From the IMG/VR virus record IMGVR_UViG_3300044974_000700, positions 21,554 through 85,553 of that record: a stretch of 64,000 nucleotides of DNA; one strand, 5' to 3'. Shown here piece by piece: positions 35,007 to 46,400 of the stretch. The stretch is from a virus. Below the pieces are notes generated by a model that was not told the origin of the DNA, did not search any database, and saw only the letters and a program-made list of their open reading frames with translations. Both the position numbers and the translations under genes were made by a program. Position 1 is the stretch's first letter; each line of letters starts with the position of its first letter.

Positions 35007-36793
35007 ATAATTTCCATTCCGTCTAAAACATCAGCCAACCTTTTTGGTATTGGGGCCCTGATAACATTTCTATCATCTTCAACAAGTGTTTCTTTAACCC
35101 TATCTCTAGAGCGTAAAGATGAGTATGTATGTACTTCTACATTTCCAAAATCAGGCCTTGTCAAACTAATTGCATTAAATATAGATCCGCATACCGCATC
35201 AGCTAAATCTTTAGATCCTTTTCTTGGGTGATCGACTTTATCTTTCATGATCCTAAGCTCAAGCAACTCATCGATTAAAAGCTTTATGTGTGGCCCGCTT
35301 AATCTTTCTTCTAAAACAACCATTGCCATATCATCATAATGTTTTTTTGCTACAGATAGAGTTTCAGTATTAATACCATACTGCCTTAGCTGCTGCATCA
35401 TGTCATGAGAGTTCCATCTATCGAATGTACAAATTCTAATATTAAATCCACGTGATCTTAATGACAAAATATAATCTCTAACTTCTGTAAAGTCTACGGA
35501 TTTATCAGAAGTTGGTGTCCAATATCTAACAGCATCGACTTCTACAATCGGAGCTGGCTGAGAGTAATTATCTGTTACTTTAACATTAACCCATTTATTA
35601 ATATGTGACATTGCAACAGCACAGTGGTCATGTTTTTGTGCTAAGTCTACATGTATAAAGTACTCTTTGTCTTGTTGTGGAACAAACCACTCTTCAAATC
35701 TGCCGAAATTATCTACCGCTAAAGACATATTATTGAATGCTTTCTCTACCTTTTCTCTTGATTTAAAGAAAGCATCTATAGCTTCTGGTGGCATGCATGC
35801 AAATCTACCTAGAGCATCTATTGGGTCTCTATAAAATGGAACCTTAAAATCATCTATGCTTCTAGTGGGGTTAATCTCCCATGTAGGCCTTTTTATTGCA
35901 TATATCTTTGGCAATTTATATGAAACTATATGATCTTCTTCCCAGGAAACTTCGAACTGATTGCCTGGAGTATTTTCTGGTAAATCTGGATCAATATCAA
36001 ATGTATGAGTTCTAATTATAGTTTCTTTTTCTGCAACAACTTCTGCATATCTTTGCTGAATGTAATCATTTTTAAATCTTGGAAATGAAAGTAAAATTAC
36101 TTTACCGTAATCTGGAAAACGTGAATCAACAGATCCTCTATACATTTCATAAATGGCGCTGGCTGTTTTTGCCTGGTCATGTCCACTTGTACTTTCAAGA
36201 GCAAATCCAGATATCTCGTCAAGAACCGCTACTAGAACGTTATAACCTTCAAAAGCTTCTCTTTCTGAGTGTCCAGAATAAACCGTTACATTTTTATTAA
36301 ATTTAATTTCAGAGGCCTTGGCTTCATATTTTCCAATAAACCACGGACTTCTTTCAATTCTAGTCTTAAAACCTTTAAAGAAAACATTGTTAGCCTGCTG
36401 TGCGTTAATAGCAATATTAATGATGTCTATAGTATCACCAGGTGGTTTGCCATAATAAGTTGCTGGATCTTTAAGTGATAATAGCAAATAAACTATATAG
36501 GCTACAGATATGGTTGAGCAATAGTCTTTACCACTACCTTTACCTAATTGTGCTATTACCTCATTACAAGTTTGTTTATATCTAGTTCTACCCTCTGATT
36601 CTCCAAAAAGTTTGACTAGGGTAGACTCTTTATAGATTTGGCTACTCTTCTCAATGAGTGTATACTGGTACTCCGAAAGCGGAGGTAAGCCGAGATAATC
36701 TGGGCTTGTAACAAATGTTCGTAAGTCGACTGGTCTTTCATCAAATTCCTCTCCGTCTAGGATATCAATGAGATCATTAAAATTAAGATCCAC
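35003..36793 (-). CDS. terL: terminase large subunit
   Basis: GKGSGKD Walker A, VLDE Walker B, HVDLA..HD, DHP..GSKDLADA nuclease motif. Confidence 0.9.
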   Translation of the reverse strand: MDLNFNDLIDILDGEEFDERPVDLRTFVTSPDYLGLPPLSEYQYTLIEKSSQIYKESTLVKLFGESEGRTRYKQTCNEVIAQLGKGSGKDYCSTISVAYIVYLLLSLKDPATYYGKPPGDTIDIINIAINAQQANNVFFKGFKTRIERSPWFIGKYEAKASEIKFNKNVTVYSGHSEREAFEGYNVLVAVLDEISGFALESTSGHDQAKTASAIYEMYRGSVDSRFPDYGKVILLSFPRFKNDYIQQRYAEVVAEKETIIRTHTFDIDPDLPENTPGNQFEVSWEEDHIVSYKLPKIYAIKRPTWEINPTRSIDDFKVPFYRDPIDALGRFACMPPEAIDAFFKSREKVEKAFNNMSLAVDNFGRFEEWFVPQQDKEYFIHVDLAQKHDHCAVAMSHINKWVNVKVTDNYSQPAPIVEVDAVRYWTPTSDKSVDFTEVRDYILSLRSRGFNIRICTFDRWNSHDMMQQLRQYGINTETLSVAKKHYDDMAMVVLEERLSGPHIKLLIDELLELRIMKDKVDHPRKGSKDLADAVCGSIFNAISLTRPDFGNVEVHTYSSLRSRDRVKETLVEDDRNVIRAPIPKRLADVLDGMEII

Positions 36794-37319
36794 TTAACTC
36801 CTCGTTTATAACTACTGGCTCAACAATCCCAGTTATCTGAGAAAGTCTTTTTGCTACCTCTAATTTACATTTAGGACATGTAGCAGTAACTTCTTTTAAA
36901 ATATTAACAAGTATTTCTTGTTTTCTTTCAGTGTCAGCAATTTGTGTAGCAAGTTCAGCATTATCTAAAAGGCCAACCTCTTGCAACATTCCAATTCTTT
37001 TACCCTCTATATCTGCAATTAATTTTAAAGAAGTTGCCTTTACATTTAGCTGCCCAGATTGATCTGCATCCTCTACGGTTTTCCATGCTTCTTTAATGAG
37101 CATAGCGTAATGTTGGTCAGCTCCAGAGATGGCCTCCTTTGCCCTTTCACGGGCCCCAGAATCGCTTCTGACGACCCCTTTCCACTCGTCTATATACTCT
37201 ATAACCTCTGATCGCTTAAACCCTGTTAGGGTGGCAATCTGGGTAGGGTTATTTCCTTTTAATAATTCTTCTACAACCCTGTTCATACGATCAAAATGAT
37301 CAGATAATTCAATTTCCAT
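36783..37319 (-). CDS. probable terminase small subunit (N-terminal HTH)
   Basis: directly upstream of terL; HTH-like NPTQIATLTG. Confidence 0.6.
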   Translation of the reverse strand: MEIELSDHFDRMNRVVEELLKGNNPTQIATLTGFKRSEVIEYIDEWKGVVRSDSGARERAKEAISGADQHYAMLIKEAWKTVEDADQSGQLNVKATSLKLIADIEGKRIGMLQEVGLLDNAELATQIADTERKQEILVNILKEVTATCPKCKLEVAKRLSQITGIVEPVVINEELSGS

Positions 37320-37348
37320 ATAAATTTATTATACCATATCCTGGTTGA

Positions 37349-37678
37349 CTAGGATTGAGATTTGGCTATTTTTAACAATACTAAATATCCAATCAGATCA
37401 TCAATATCATTATCACCTGGATAATCTGTGCCCTTCATAAGCCTATTTAATTTATCATCAATTCTGACATGAAGTTGCTCTCTTGGTCCCGCCTTTGAAA
37501 ATATACGCACAGGGTCTAAGGCTGAGTTGCCGTAGGCAATATTTTTCTTTACTAGCATATGTGCAATTTCGTGGCAGGTCTCTAATATCTCTTTTCCTGC
37601 CTCTGTTCCAACTGTTAGCAAATATAAATCATCACACTGAAATTGACCTGAATCTGGAAATACTGGCTGAAGACTCAT
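37349..37678 (-). CDS. DUF1599/nucleotide-modification-associated domain protein
   Basis: KKN.AYG.S...RIDDKLNR...DL.GY. Confidence 0.65.
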   Translation of the reverse strand: MSLQPVFPDSGQFQCDDLYLLTVGTEAGKEILETCHEIAHMLVKKNIAYGNSALDPVRIFSKAGPREQLHVRIDDKLNRLMKGTDYPGDNDIDDLIGYLVLLKIAKSQS

Positions 37679-37815
37679 TTAATTAATCCATTCTCTTTTA
37701 ATGCTCTATATATGGTCATAACAGTTACGCCACATTCTTTTGCTATATCTTCCATAGTTTTCTTTTGAACTACATATCTACGATATAGCCAATCTTTACT
37801 TTTATATAATTTCAT
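37675..37815 (-). CDS. small HTH protein (46 aa)
   Basis: WLYRRY...EDIAKECGVTVMTIYRAL. Confidence 0.6.
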   Translation of the reverse strand: MKLYKSKDWLYRRYVVQKKTMEDIAKECGVTVMTIYRALKENGLIK

Positions 37816-38024
37816 TTTCTACCCCACTGTATTTTATTCCATCCTCGCTCATGAAAATAATAAAGAACAGTTTTAGTAATAATCTCCATGCTGGCAATTG
37901 CTCCAGCAGTAACTGGCTCTTTAGTTATCAAAAATGATATTAAAAATGTATCAAGTGTACCTATAACTCTCCATGTTACAGCTTTTATAGCAGATCTAGA
38001 TTTACTTACATTCATGATGGCCAT
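37812..38024 (-). CDS. DUF2061 membrane protein
   Basis: RSAIKAVTWR..TLDT...LYYFHER.W. Confidence 0.8.
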   Translation of the reverse strand: MAIMNVSKSRSAIKAVTWRVIGTLDTFLISFLITKEPVTAGAIASMEIITKTVLYYFHERGWNKIQWGRK

Positions 38025-38060
38025 TCCATATTGTTTGGCTTAGTAATCCAATTCCAAACT

Positions 38061-38822
38061 TTAGATGCCCATTTCTTTACGCTTCTGCGTAGCCGATATA
38101 GCATGAATCTCTGCCCCCAAATCTACTTGTTCAATCTTGTACCCAACATCACGACCATATACAATATTAGTAATATTAGGCAATCTTAATACCATTGCTC
38201 TATCCATAAATTCATCTTTAGATATATACTCTTTTACTTGATCAAATGTTAGAGGATCTTTTGGACTTGTATTATATGTATTTCTAACACCCAAAAGTAC
38301 CTGATCTGTTCTTTTGCCCGCCTCAACATACAAAGCATGATGCCCCTCATGCCATGGTTGATATCTGCCAAGCATTAATGTTGTAGGTTCTGACCAATCA
38401 TGCAGCTTAAAAATCTTACATATATCTTTTGCTCTTGAGCTTACGTCATCTACAAAATCAATATATGAAATATTAAAATCTTCTGGATCTTGCCATAATT
38501 TATTTGTATCTTCAAATCTTCCCTCTGGTATAGTGTTCATCCAAATTAAAATGTCTGGCTTGCCAAAAGCTGATCTTGTTGCATTTGTTGGACATACAAA
38601 GTCAACAATAACTGGCGCAACATTTTGTTTAGCAATTAACCTTGCCATTTCTCCCATACGACGTGCCTGTTCAACTCTATCATCAGGACTAAATCCTAAA
38701 TCTGAATTAACAGTTGATCGAACCTCGTCTGCATTTAAATGGATTGCATTAATTCTTTCCTTCAAAGCTTTTGCTAACTCTGTCTTTCCAGAGCCAGGAA
38801 GTCCTATAATCTGTATAATCAT
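38061..38822 (-). CDS. cysC: adenylyl-sulfate kinase fused to HxGH nucleotidyltransferase domain
   Basis: GLPGSGKT, LNADEVR, LGFS..DR; GRYQPWHEGH. Confidence 0.8.
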   Translation of the reverse strand: MIIQIIGLPGSGKTELAKALKERINAIHLNADEVRSTVNSDLGFSPDDRVEQARRMGEMARLIAKQNVAPVIVDFVCPTNATRSAFGKPDILIWMNTIPEGRFEDTNKLWQDPEDFNISYIDFVDDVSSRAKDICKIFKLHDWSEPTTLMLGRYQPWHEGHHALYVEAGKRTDQVLLGVRNTYNTSPKDPLTFDQVKEYISKDEFMDRAMVLRLPNITNIVYGRDVGYKIEQVDLGAEIHAISATQKRKEMGI

Positions 38823-39385
38823 CTTTTAGTTAACACTTCATTAGCATAGTAGGCAATTCCGAATGAATCTGCCACATCAAAATCTTCTAGGCTTAAATTA
38901 TATTTTTTATTAAAATAATCTACTGTTCTTTGCTTTCTAATTTCCCGCATTTTATTCTTATACCAAGAATCTGCGTACCCAGGATTTTCTGATCTTAGTT
39001 TGTCTTTTTCCCACTTCGTTGGGTTTTTATTGCCGATATGTGCCTGCCAAGAACTAGGGGATACAGTAATAACGGAAGAGCCAGTAGACATAAGTTCAGC
39101 AATAACAACACCGTAGACATAAGATAATTTTATCACAGCATCAGCAGATTTGACAAGTATTGCCCCTTCAATTGCAATATAGTCTGACTTTAATTCATCT
39201 ATCATTGCAAACGTTTTGCATTTAGCATCATATATTTTTTCATATATGTCATTTCCTGTTAAATTAATTTTACCCCATTTAATTGGCTTGTTATTTTCAA
39301 GCAGACAAAAAGCAATTGAATTTGTGGATGCATCAATTCCCAAAACTCTATTTGCTTTAGTTTTAATCAGGCTGGCTAATGTCAT
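38819..39385 (-). CDS. RuvC-like Holliday junction resolvase
   Basis: LGIDAS, IAIE, DVADS. Confidence 0.8.
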   Translation of the reverse strand: MTLASLIKTKANRVLGIDASTNSIAFCLLENNKPIKWGKINLTGNDIYEKIYDAKCKTFAMIDELKSDYIAIEGAILVKSADAVIKLSYVYGVVIAELMSTGSSVITVSPSSWQAHIGNKNPTKWEKDKLRSENPGYADSWYKNKMREIRKQRTVDYFNKKYNLSLEDFDVADSFGIAYYANEVLTKR

Positions 39386-39650
39386 TTAACATCCTTTTAA
39401 TTTGATTTCTATGTTTTGATACGTTTCCCTTTTCGCATTTAGAACAAATTAAAGACTGGTTGTACCTACTTAAACGAGATTTACAATACTTACATTCTCT
39501 TTTAACTCCAGACCTGATTGCTTTTTTTTCATAATATTTTTCCATTATTTTTTTATTTGTTGCAATTCTGCAGCATTCATCACAACAATATTTTTGATTA
39601 TGAGTTTTAGGATTGAAATCCTTAGCGCATTCTTTATTACCGCATATCAT
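39363..39650 (-). CDS. Zn-finger protein
   Basis: multiple CxxC motifs. Confidence 0.65.
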   Translation of the reverse strand: MICGNKECAKDFNPKTHNQKYCCDECCRIATNKKIMEKYYEKKAIRSGVKRECKYCKSRLSRYNQSLICSKCEKGNVSKHRNQIKRMLNDISQPD

Positions 39651-40423
39651 ATTTTAATTGGCTCATACGGAGCTATTTCTACTAGCCCCTCCTCTATAGA
39701 CCAGCATTCTTTTTTTACTGGACAGTTTTTACATTGAGATGCAGATTTTTTAAATGGACGAATTGGAAGGTCTCCATCATTAAAGTTATCATAAACAGAG
39801 CAAAGCCATTCAAATAATTCTTCAATAATTTTTTTATTTCTATCATTCATTTGAATAGGAATAATCAAAACCTGCTGAGTATTTTTATTTTCATATAAAA
39901 AGAAACCCTCTTTGACATTTCTTAATTTCATATATGTCAATAATTGCAATAAATGATTTGGAGCAGGACTCATTTTACCCTGATACGTATCCCAGCTTTC
40001 TTGCTTTGCAGTCTTTATTTCTCCAATAACCTCTTCGTTATTCCAGTCCAGTATCACATCGATGAATCCCCTTATTGGTGGATATTCATTTATAATTTCG
40101 TACTCTTCATGTTTCATAACACCCATTTTTGTAATCATTTTTTGTATTCTTTCATGAGCCTGGGTGCCTTGAGACATATTTGCAATAGCTACAGAATCAT
40201 TTTCATCTATAAACATTGCACCAGAGAATGCTAAATACCAATATCTTGGACAATTACCGTGTCCATACCCTAAAGAACTTGGACTAAAACTAGTCTTTGT
40301 TGTTTTTTGATTAGGTTTTTTTGTTGACAAATAAGCATCATTTAACATTTTAGAAAATGAAGATGGGTCAAAGTTACCTGTATTTTTTTTAAATTTTAAA
40401 TTGTTTACTATTTCTCTAGCCAT
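39647..40423 (-). CDS. Cas4-like PD-(D/E)XK exonuclease
   Basis: C..GT..H..G.ID..EIKT..Q...Y..C..CP...C. Confidence 0.8.
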   Translation of the reverse strand: MAREIVNNLKFKKNTGNFDPSSFSKMLNDAYLSTKKPNQKTTKTSFSPSSLGYGHGNCPRYWYLAFSGAMFIDENDSVAIANMSQGTQAHERIQKMITKMGVMKHEEYEIINEYPPIRGFIDVILDWNNEEVIGEIKTAKQESWDTYQGKMSPAPNHLLQLLTYMKLRNVKEGFFLYENKNTQQVLIIPIQMNDRNKKIIEELFEWLCSVYDNFNDGDLPIRPFKKSASQCKNCPVKKECWSIEEGLVEIAPYEPIKI

Positions 40424-40751
40424 TATATCTTACGACATACTTGAGGGCATCCACAAGTTTATCTATTGACTCCTTTGCTGAATAATATATGTTCTTCTTA
40501 TTGTTATTTGCAGTGCCCGCTTTATCTTTTGCAATTGTAGAATACACCGCAGCCATCATAGAGAATTTTGTAGACATAGCCTGCAACTCAATAATTAACT
40601 GCGGTGCTTTAGCAGCGGGAACATCTGGATTCATTAAAAGCTTAACAACAATTGATAAAGCTTTATCTAACTGTTCGTCTTTCATATACTCATGAAGGTC
40701 ATTAAATTCAGTTATTTTATTAATTAATTCCAAGGTGTTCACGTCTGACAT
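40416..40751 (-). CDS. hypothetical protein
   Basis: ORF in recombination operon. Confidence 0.7.
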   Translation of the reverse strand: MSDVNTLELINKITEFNDLHEYMKDEQLDKALSIVVKLLMNPDVPAAKAPQLIIELQAMSTKFSMMAAVYSTIAKDKAGTANNNKKNIYYSAKESIDKLVDALKYVVRYNG

Positions 40752-40752
40752 G

Positions 40753-40914
40753 CTATCCAACCATAATTCTTGTAACTAATGCATAGCCGATCCACAATCC
40801 AACTATTCCCATAAGTCCAGCAAAAACTGGAGGAGCTGGAATTGGCAACTTAAATGCACTAAAAATTCCACCAACGACGGTACCGACTAATGTTGTTAAA
40901 AATATTTCTTTCAT
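40753..40914 (-). CDS. XapX/DUF1427-like small membrane protein (53 aa)
   Basis: KLPIPAPP..AGLMGIVG.W.GY. Confidence 0.7.
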   Translation of the reverse strand: MKEIFLTTLVGTVVGGIFSAFKLPIPAPPVFAGLMGIVGLWIGYALVTRIMVG

Positions 40915-41315
40915 TAAAATGGTACCTCTACTTCATCAAAAAATTTATCTGATGCACGATCTTTCTGAAGACTATAAGAAGTTACTGCTATGCAGTGTCC
41001 CTCCATCTGCTTATATACCTTAACCTCGTGCTCACTTCTGTTATTCCCAGATTTATCGGTCCAAGTAGATTCGTATATGGTGCCAGTGAGGGTTATCTCT
41101 TGACCCTTTTTAATAGTATGTCTTGCCTGTTCAGCAAATCTGCCCCAAAGTTTTACAGTCCACCATGAGGTTGCGGAATCTTCATACTTTCCTGTCTCTT
41201 CATTTTTTACTCTATCATGTGTAACCACACGCAGCCTAAGACCTGTATCTCCAATTGGAGCTGGGTCTTGGCCAAGCCTACCTACTAATGTAATAGTTGG
41301 ATTTGGCATCTTCAT
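40914..41315 (-). CDS. ssb: bacterial-type single-stranded DNA-binding protein
   Basis: LVGRLGQDP, W..V..WG..AE, KG, C-terminal EVPF. Confidence 0.85.
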   Translation of the reverse strand: MKMPNPTITLVGRLGQDPAPIGDTGLRLRVVTHDRVKNEETGKYEDSATSWWTVKLWGRFAEQARHTIKKGQEITLTGTIYESTWTDKSGNNRSEHEVKVYKQMEGHCIAVTSYSLQKDRASDKFFDEVEVPF

Positions 41316-41644
41316 TCTCCCTTTTCTGAAGCCTCTACTATTTTATCAAGTAAAGACCAAGCTTCTACTAGATCCTCTAGCATAGCCCATTCAATTACGG
41401 CAAGTCTTACTTTTTTCTTTTCGCCTATAATTAACTTTAATGCTGGATACTTTTCTCTACTAACCTTAAAAGTATCCGTGCAGATCTTAGACCAAACATC
41501 TTGATTTAATGTAAAAGATGATTTTGATTCTTTATAATCTACAACAAACTGATTCCACTGGGCGTCGCCTTTTTGGTATTGGCCACGTCCAGAATTTTTT
41601 TGCGCCTTTGCCCCATCTCTTTTAGCTTCGCCACGTTCTGTCAT
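41312..41644 (-). CDS. Hjc-like resolvase/endonuclease
   Basis: E..NSGRG..KGD...VDYKE. Confidence 0.6.
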   Translation of the reverse strand: MTERGEAKRDGAKAQKNSGRGQYQKGDAQWNQFVVDYKESKSSFTLNQDVWSKICTDTFKVSREKYPALKLIIGEKKKVRLAVIEWAMLEDLVEAWSLLDKIVEASEKGE

Positions 41645-41838
41645 TGATTAACCGATACATTATTTTCATGACCATTACTACATGTCCATGTCATAATAAA
41701 CTTAATTGGGTCCCAATAATACTCTTTAACATCTAACTCACATTTAAAACAAGGTTTAGATCCAATTACTTTTTCTAAAGTACTGATATTTTCTTGTGTT
41801 GGTTTTGGTCCAATAAACTCATTAATATCTGGCATCAA
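41641..41838 (-). CDS. small Zn-ribbon protein
   Basis: CFKC..CSNGH. Confidence 0.65.
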   Translation of the reverse strand: MMPDINEFIGPKPTQENISTLEKVIGSKPCFKCELDVKEYYWDPIKFIMTWTCSNGHENNVSVNQ

Positions 41839-42826
41839 TTTCTTCTTTCAAATTATCAACTACATCAGGATTATCTTTAAGATATTGAACTGCTTTTGCT
41901 CTTCCCTGTAATCTTTCTCCATTTACTGTATACCATGCTCCGCCTTTTTCCACGATACCGCACATTTCTGCAACATCTAAAGTTTCTCCAACTCCATCTA
42001 CTCCTAAAGTTTCTCCTTGGAAGTAGAAATCATATTGTCCAGATAGATTTGGGGGCCCAAGTTTGTTGTAATCAATAATCCAATTAACTGGTCTTCCGAC
42101 TCTTTGTTCAATAATTTTATCGCCAACCTTAATGCCAGATTTGATAGCATTAGCCTCAGCCTCGGAAGACCAAAGCTTAATGACTGTGGAGGAAAAGAAT
42201 TTGACTGCCATTCCTCCCGTAGGTATGTGGCTGGCATGCATAGAGCCAAATTGATTTCTTTGTTGGGAAATGAGAACAAGTAATGTATTTTTGTTTGCAT
42301 AATTTAACATTTTGACCGCATGGGTCATATCCTTTGCTTCTGCGCCTATTTGTTTTGTGTCCTCAAGTTTTTTGAGTTCATCTGAATCTTTTTCAAAATA
42401 TATTGCAGGAAGAAGCGCAGATATAGAATCAACTACAATTATATCTACTTCAGCTTCCATAAGTTGTGTAGCAACGTCAACCATATCATTTATAGTTTTT
42501 GCAGAAGAATACACAAGTTTTTCTGAATCTACTCCAAGCTTCGATGCCCATAATGGATCATAAGAATGCTCAGCATCTATCCAAGCACAAACTTTTCCTT
42601 CTTTTTGTGCTTGTGCAATCATTTGTAAACAAAATGACGATTTACCTGCTGACTTGTTTCCCCAAACTAAAACTTGTCTACCAAAGCCAAGTCCACCTTT
42701 TAGTGCAAGGTTTAGCCCAATGCTAGGAGTCTTTTGCTTTTCAACCTTAACATCAATTGCAGATTGAACTCTGTTTCTAGTTTTTGTATCTAGCTTTGCT
42801 AGTATATCGTCTATTTGTAGTGTCAT
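41822..42826 (-). CDS. recA: RecA/UvsX recombinase
   Basis: GNKSAGKS, WIDAE, VVDS, TGG.A.KF, GAWY, QGR. Confidence 0.92.
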   Translation of the reverse strand: MTLQIDDILAKLDTKTRNRVQSAIDVKVEKQKTPSIGLNLALKGGLGFGRQVLVWGNKSAGKSSFCLQMIAQAQKEGKVCAWIDAEHSYDPLWASKLGVDSEKLVYSSAKTINDMVDVATQLMEAEVDIIVVDSISALLPAIYFEKDSDELKKLEDTKQIGAEAKDMTHAVKMLNYANKNTLLVLISQQRNQFGSMHASHIPTGGMAVKFFSSTVIKLWSSEAEANAIKSGIKVGDKIIEQRVGRPVNWIIDYNKLGPPNLSGQYDFYFQGETLGVDGVGETLDVAEMCGIVEKGGAWYTVNGERLQGRAKAVQYLKDNPDVVDNLKEEIDARY

Positions 42827-42854
42827 TATTTTCTTTCTTTAGTATAGTATATCA

Positions 42855-43196
42855 TTAAAAACGGTTCCCGTGAAGAGCTGGCCTAGTTTTATTTTTATCC
42901 ATTTTATTTTGCAGCACTTCATCTAAACTATGAGTAACAAACTCTTCATTACGCATAGCAGCATATAAATCTAGCAATCTAATAATTGTATCTGCTATCT
43001 CTTCTACAACCTTTTCAGACCCCTGATCTTTACGTATAGCTTCCAAAACCTCAGTAACTTCCGAATGTACAAGAGCAAGTTTGTTGCCAATTTTGTCATA
43101 TGAATATTCTCCATTCCAAAACCCTTTGTCTCTTGCTGTTTCATGTAATAAAGCAGATAGAGCGTCTAAACCGTAATCAGTCGGCAACGAGTTCAT
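42855..43196 (-). CDS. MazG-like NTP pyrophosphohydrolase
   Basis: SEVTE.LEA.RK...EEIAD..IR.LD. Confidence 0.8.
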   Translation of the reverse strand: MNSLPTDYGLDALSALLHETARDKGFWNGEYSYDKIGNKLALVHSEVTEVLEAIRKDQGSEKVVEEIADTIIRLLDLYAAMRNEEFVTHSLDEVLQNKMDKNKTRPALHGNRF

Positions 43197-43401
43197 AATC
43201 TCCTTGGCTTTCTTCTTCACGTAATTTAAATTCAAACGATAAATTTTCATCATTGTATGTTACTGAAAGTTGTTTGTCTTGATTATTTGCATCCATAAAT
43301 AGCTGTGTAGGAATTTCAACAGAACCTAATTTGGTTAAAATTGCTACTAATATTCTTGATGCATTCATGGCTTGAAATACCTCTTCTGGTGTTTGTGTCA
43401 T
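43177..43401 (-). CDS. hypothetical protein
   Basis: ATGA overlap with dnaE. Confidence 0.65.
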   Translation of the reverse strand: MTQTPEEVFQAMNASRILVAILTKLGSVEIPTQLFMDANNQDKQLSVTYNDENLSFEFKLREEESQGDYELVAD

Positions 43402-46400
43402 TTTATCTCCTTTACCATTAATGTGCCGTCGTCCAATGGCTTTGTTATTGGCCTACATGTCATGCCATCTCGCATTTTTGCTAACGCTATTGGGTACATG
43501 CTTGAAAAAACGATAGCTCTTTTTAGGTTTTTATATTTATCAGACATAACTATGTGTGCCATAGTTTGCCCCTTTTTTGTTTTATAAGGAGTAAAGTTTA
43601 CCACAATCTGTTCGTCTTCGGCAAGATCATACTCTCTCCTATAAAGATAATCAATAAATAAATCATTAGACTTTGGATCTATATCTTTTACATTTATGTA
43701 TCTAACTATTCTATTGTCACCAACTAATATAAAATACATTTGATTTGTTTCTATCTGGGTTTGTTCGGTATGAAATAATCCTATACTGCCAGTTTCATCA
43801 ACTATTTCTACTCGTGCCCATCCATTTCCTCTTTTTATGTTTTTAACCATACCAAATATAACAAAAGAACCTAGCGGATCAAAATCTTCTATCGGCCTTG
43901 CCTGGGCTTTAATACGTGGAGGTAAGTCTAGATTGAAAGTTGGAATCCCTAAAAATTCATAATAAGACTCAGATTCTTTTCCATTTCTAGGATTATCTTC
44001 AAACGCTGCACCGCCGATAGCATTTAATGAAGCAATTGCTCTTGAATTTATTCCACTTCCTTTTTTGCCAGCCTTAGACTTAAAATCTTCATAATTTTTA
44101 TAAGGTCTATTATCTATAATTTTGTTTGCTATGCTATCTGAAATAAATTTAACCTCTGCAAGACCAAATCTAATTGAATCTTCTTGTAATGAGAAATTAA
44201 CTTCTGATTCATTTACATGCGGAAGTTTTACCTTAAGGCCTAATCTCTTTGCTTCAATCAAATATTCTGTTCTTGCGTCTTTATCTCCTTCGTTTTTAAG
44301 GAGCGAGAATAAAAATTCCAAAGGATAATGAAGCTTAAGCCAAGCGGTATAATAAGAAAGCATAGAATAAGCAACAGCATGACTACGATTGAACGAGTAT
44401 CCAGCATGTGCTTCAAATGTTTTCCAAAGCTGTTCTGCCTCTTGCTTGCTGATATGTAACGAAGCGCCCTGAATAAATTTATCTTGGAACTGATCGAATT
44501 CTTTTGCATCTTTTTTCTTTCCAATAATCTTTCTAACCTTGTCAGCTTCTGACCAAGTCATACCACCAAGGTGTACGCAAGCCTGCATAACCTGTTCTTG
44601 ATATATAATAACTCCAAACGTGTTCTCTGTGAAAGGCTTCATGATCGGATGAACAAACCTAACTGCTTCCTCACCGTGCTTTCTTTTAATATAAGAAGGG
44701 CCAACTGTATCCATAGCACCTGGTCTAACAAGAGCATTAGATGCAGCTAAATCTTCAAACGTGCTTACTCCCATTTTCATTAATAGGTTTGTATATGGAG
44801 TTGCTTCAGCCTGAAATACGCCTTTTGTATATCCCTCGCTTAATACTTTATAAACCTCTTCATCATTTAAATCTAATGACGATAGGTCTATATCTTTATT
44901 ATATCTTTTCTTTATTGATTTTAGTGTATCAGATATTACTGATAATGTTTTTAGACCAAGAGCATCTAGTTTAATAAGACCTATATCAGCAACAGTGTCC
45001 ATATCATATGCAACTACTGGAATTCTTCCAGATACCTTATCCTGTGCATCTTCACGAGATTCTACTGGAGCGTACTTTCTAATATCATCTTTTGCTACTA
45101 CAACACCAGCAGCATGTACTCCTACGCTTCTAATTTTTCCACGTAGTCTCTCTGCAAGCCAAGTAACCTCTGGATACTTTGTTCTAAATTCTTTTGTATT
45201 TGGAGAATCTAGGTAGTCTTCAAATGTATCAACGGACTTCAATGCTTTATTAACATCACCTAATGGGACCATAAATACACGTGCAGCATCTCTAATTACT
45301 CCCTTATCTTTAAAATAAGTATATGTTGATATTGATGCTACGTGCTTAAATTTCCTTTTAAGATATTCTTTTACTTCTTTTCTACGACGATCCTCAAAAT
45401 CAGTATCAATATCGGGAAAATCATTACGCTCTGGATTAATAAAGCGAAAAAACAAAAGATCATATTTAATTGGATCAACATCTGTAATACCGATTGTGTA
45501 ACACACAAGTGATCCAGCAGCAGATCCACGTCCAGGCCCAACAAGCATGTCCTGAGATTTTGCCCAGTTAATCATGTCTGCAACAACTAAAAAGTAGGAA
45601 GCAAACTTTTTTTGCTTAATTATAGACAACTCTTCATTTAGCCTATCTATATATGCCTGATTATTATCTAGGCCTAACTTTTTTAATCCAGTAAATGACA
45701 TGTCTGCTAATTTATCATCTGCATTAGTTTTAGGAACTGGAAGCAAATCTAAATTTTGATAAAAATCATATGACTGTATTTTATCTGCTATTTCTAATGT
45801 GTTTTCAAATATATCAACTCTATTTATACCAGTCTTTTTAAAATCTACTTCTATTTCTTCACGAGTTTGTATAAATAGATTATAGTCTTGAAATGATATT
45901 CTTCTGTCTGGATATAAGTAGTTAAATCTATCTAGCATATCCTTCATTTTACGTGATTCATCGAAATCTGCTTCTTTATCCATTTTAGGATTTGTAGATA
46001 ATATAAGCATTGCTTCTTCTAATACTTTATCTTCACCCTTAGCAAAATGAGCATCTCCTGTTGCTACCGCCTTAATTTTTAATTCATCTGCCAATTCTAG
46101 AAGCTTGTCATTTACTTCTTTTGGGTTGTGCGACTGAACCTCAATATAAAAGTCTTCACCAAAAGTTTGTTTAAAATCTTTGAGTATAAGTTTGGCTTCT
46201 GAGAACTCCTGGCGTTCAATAGCTTTACTAATAAGGCCATTAAGGCATCCGCTAAGAACAATAATACCTTCCGCATATTCTTTTAATACCTCTCTATCAA
46301 TACGTGGCTTATGATAAAAGCCTTCGTTCCATGCAATCTCTTGCAAGGTATTTATATTTTCTAAACCTTTTTTATTTTTTGCTAACAGTATTATATGGTT

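Noticed and set aside
39647-40423. Cas4-like gene as part of a CRISPR system
   Set aside because: No array or other cas genes; solo Cas4-like exonucleases are usual in phage recombination modules.
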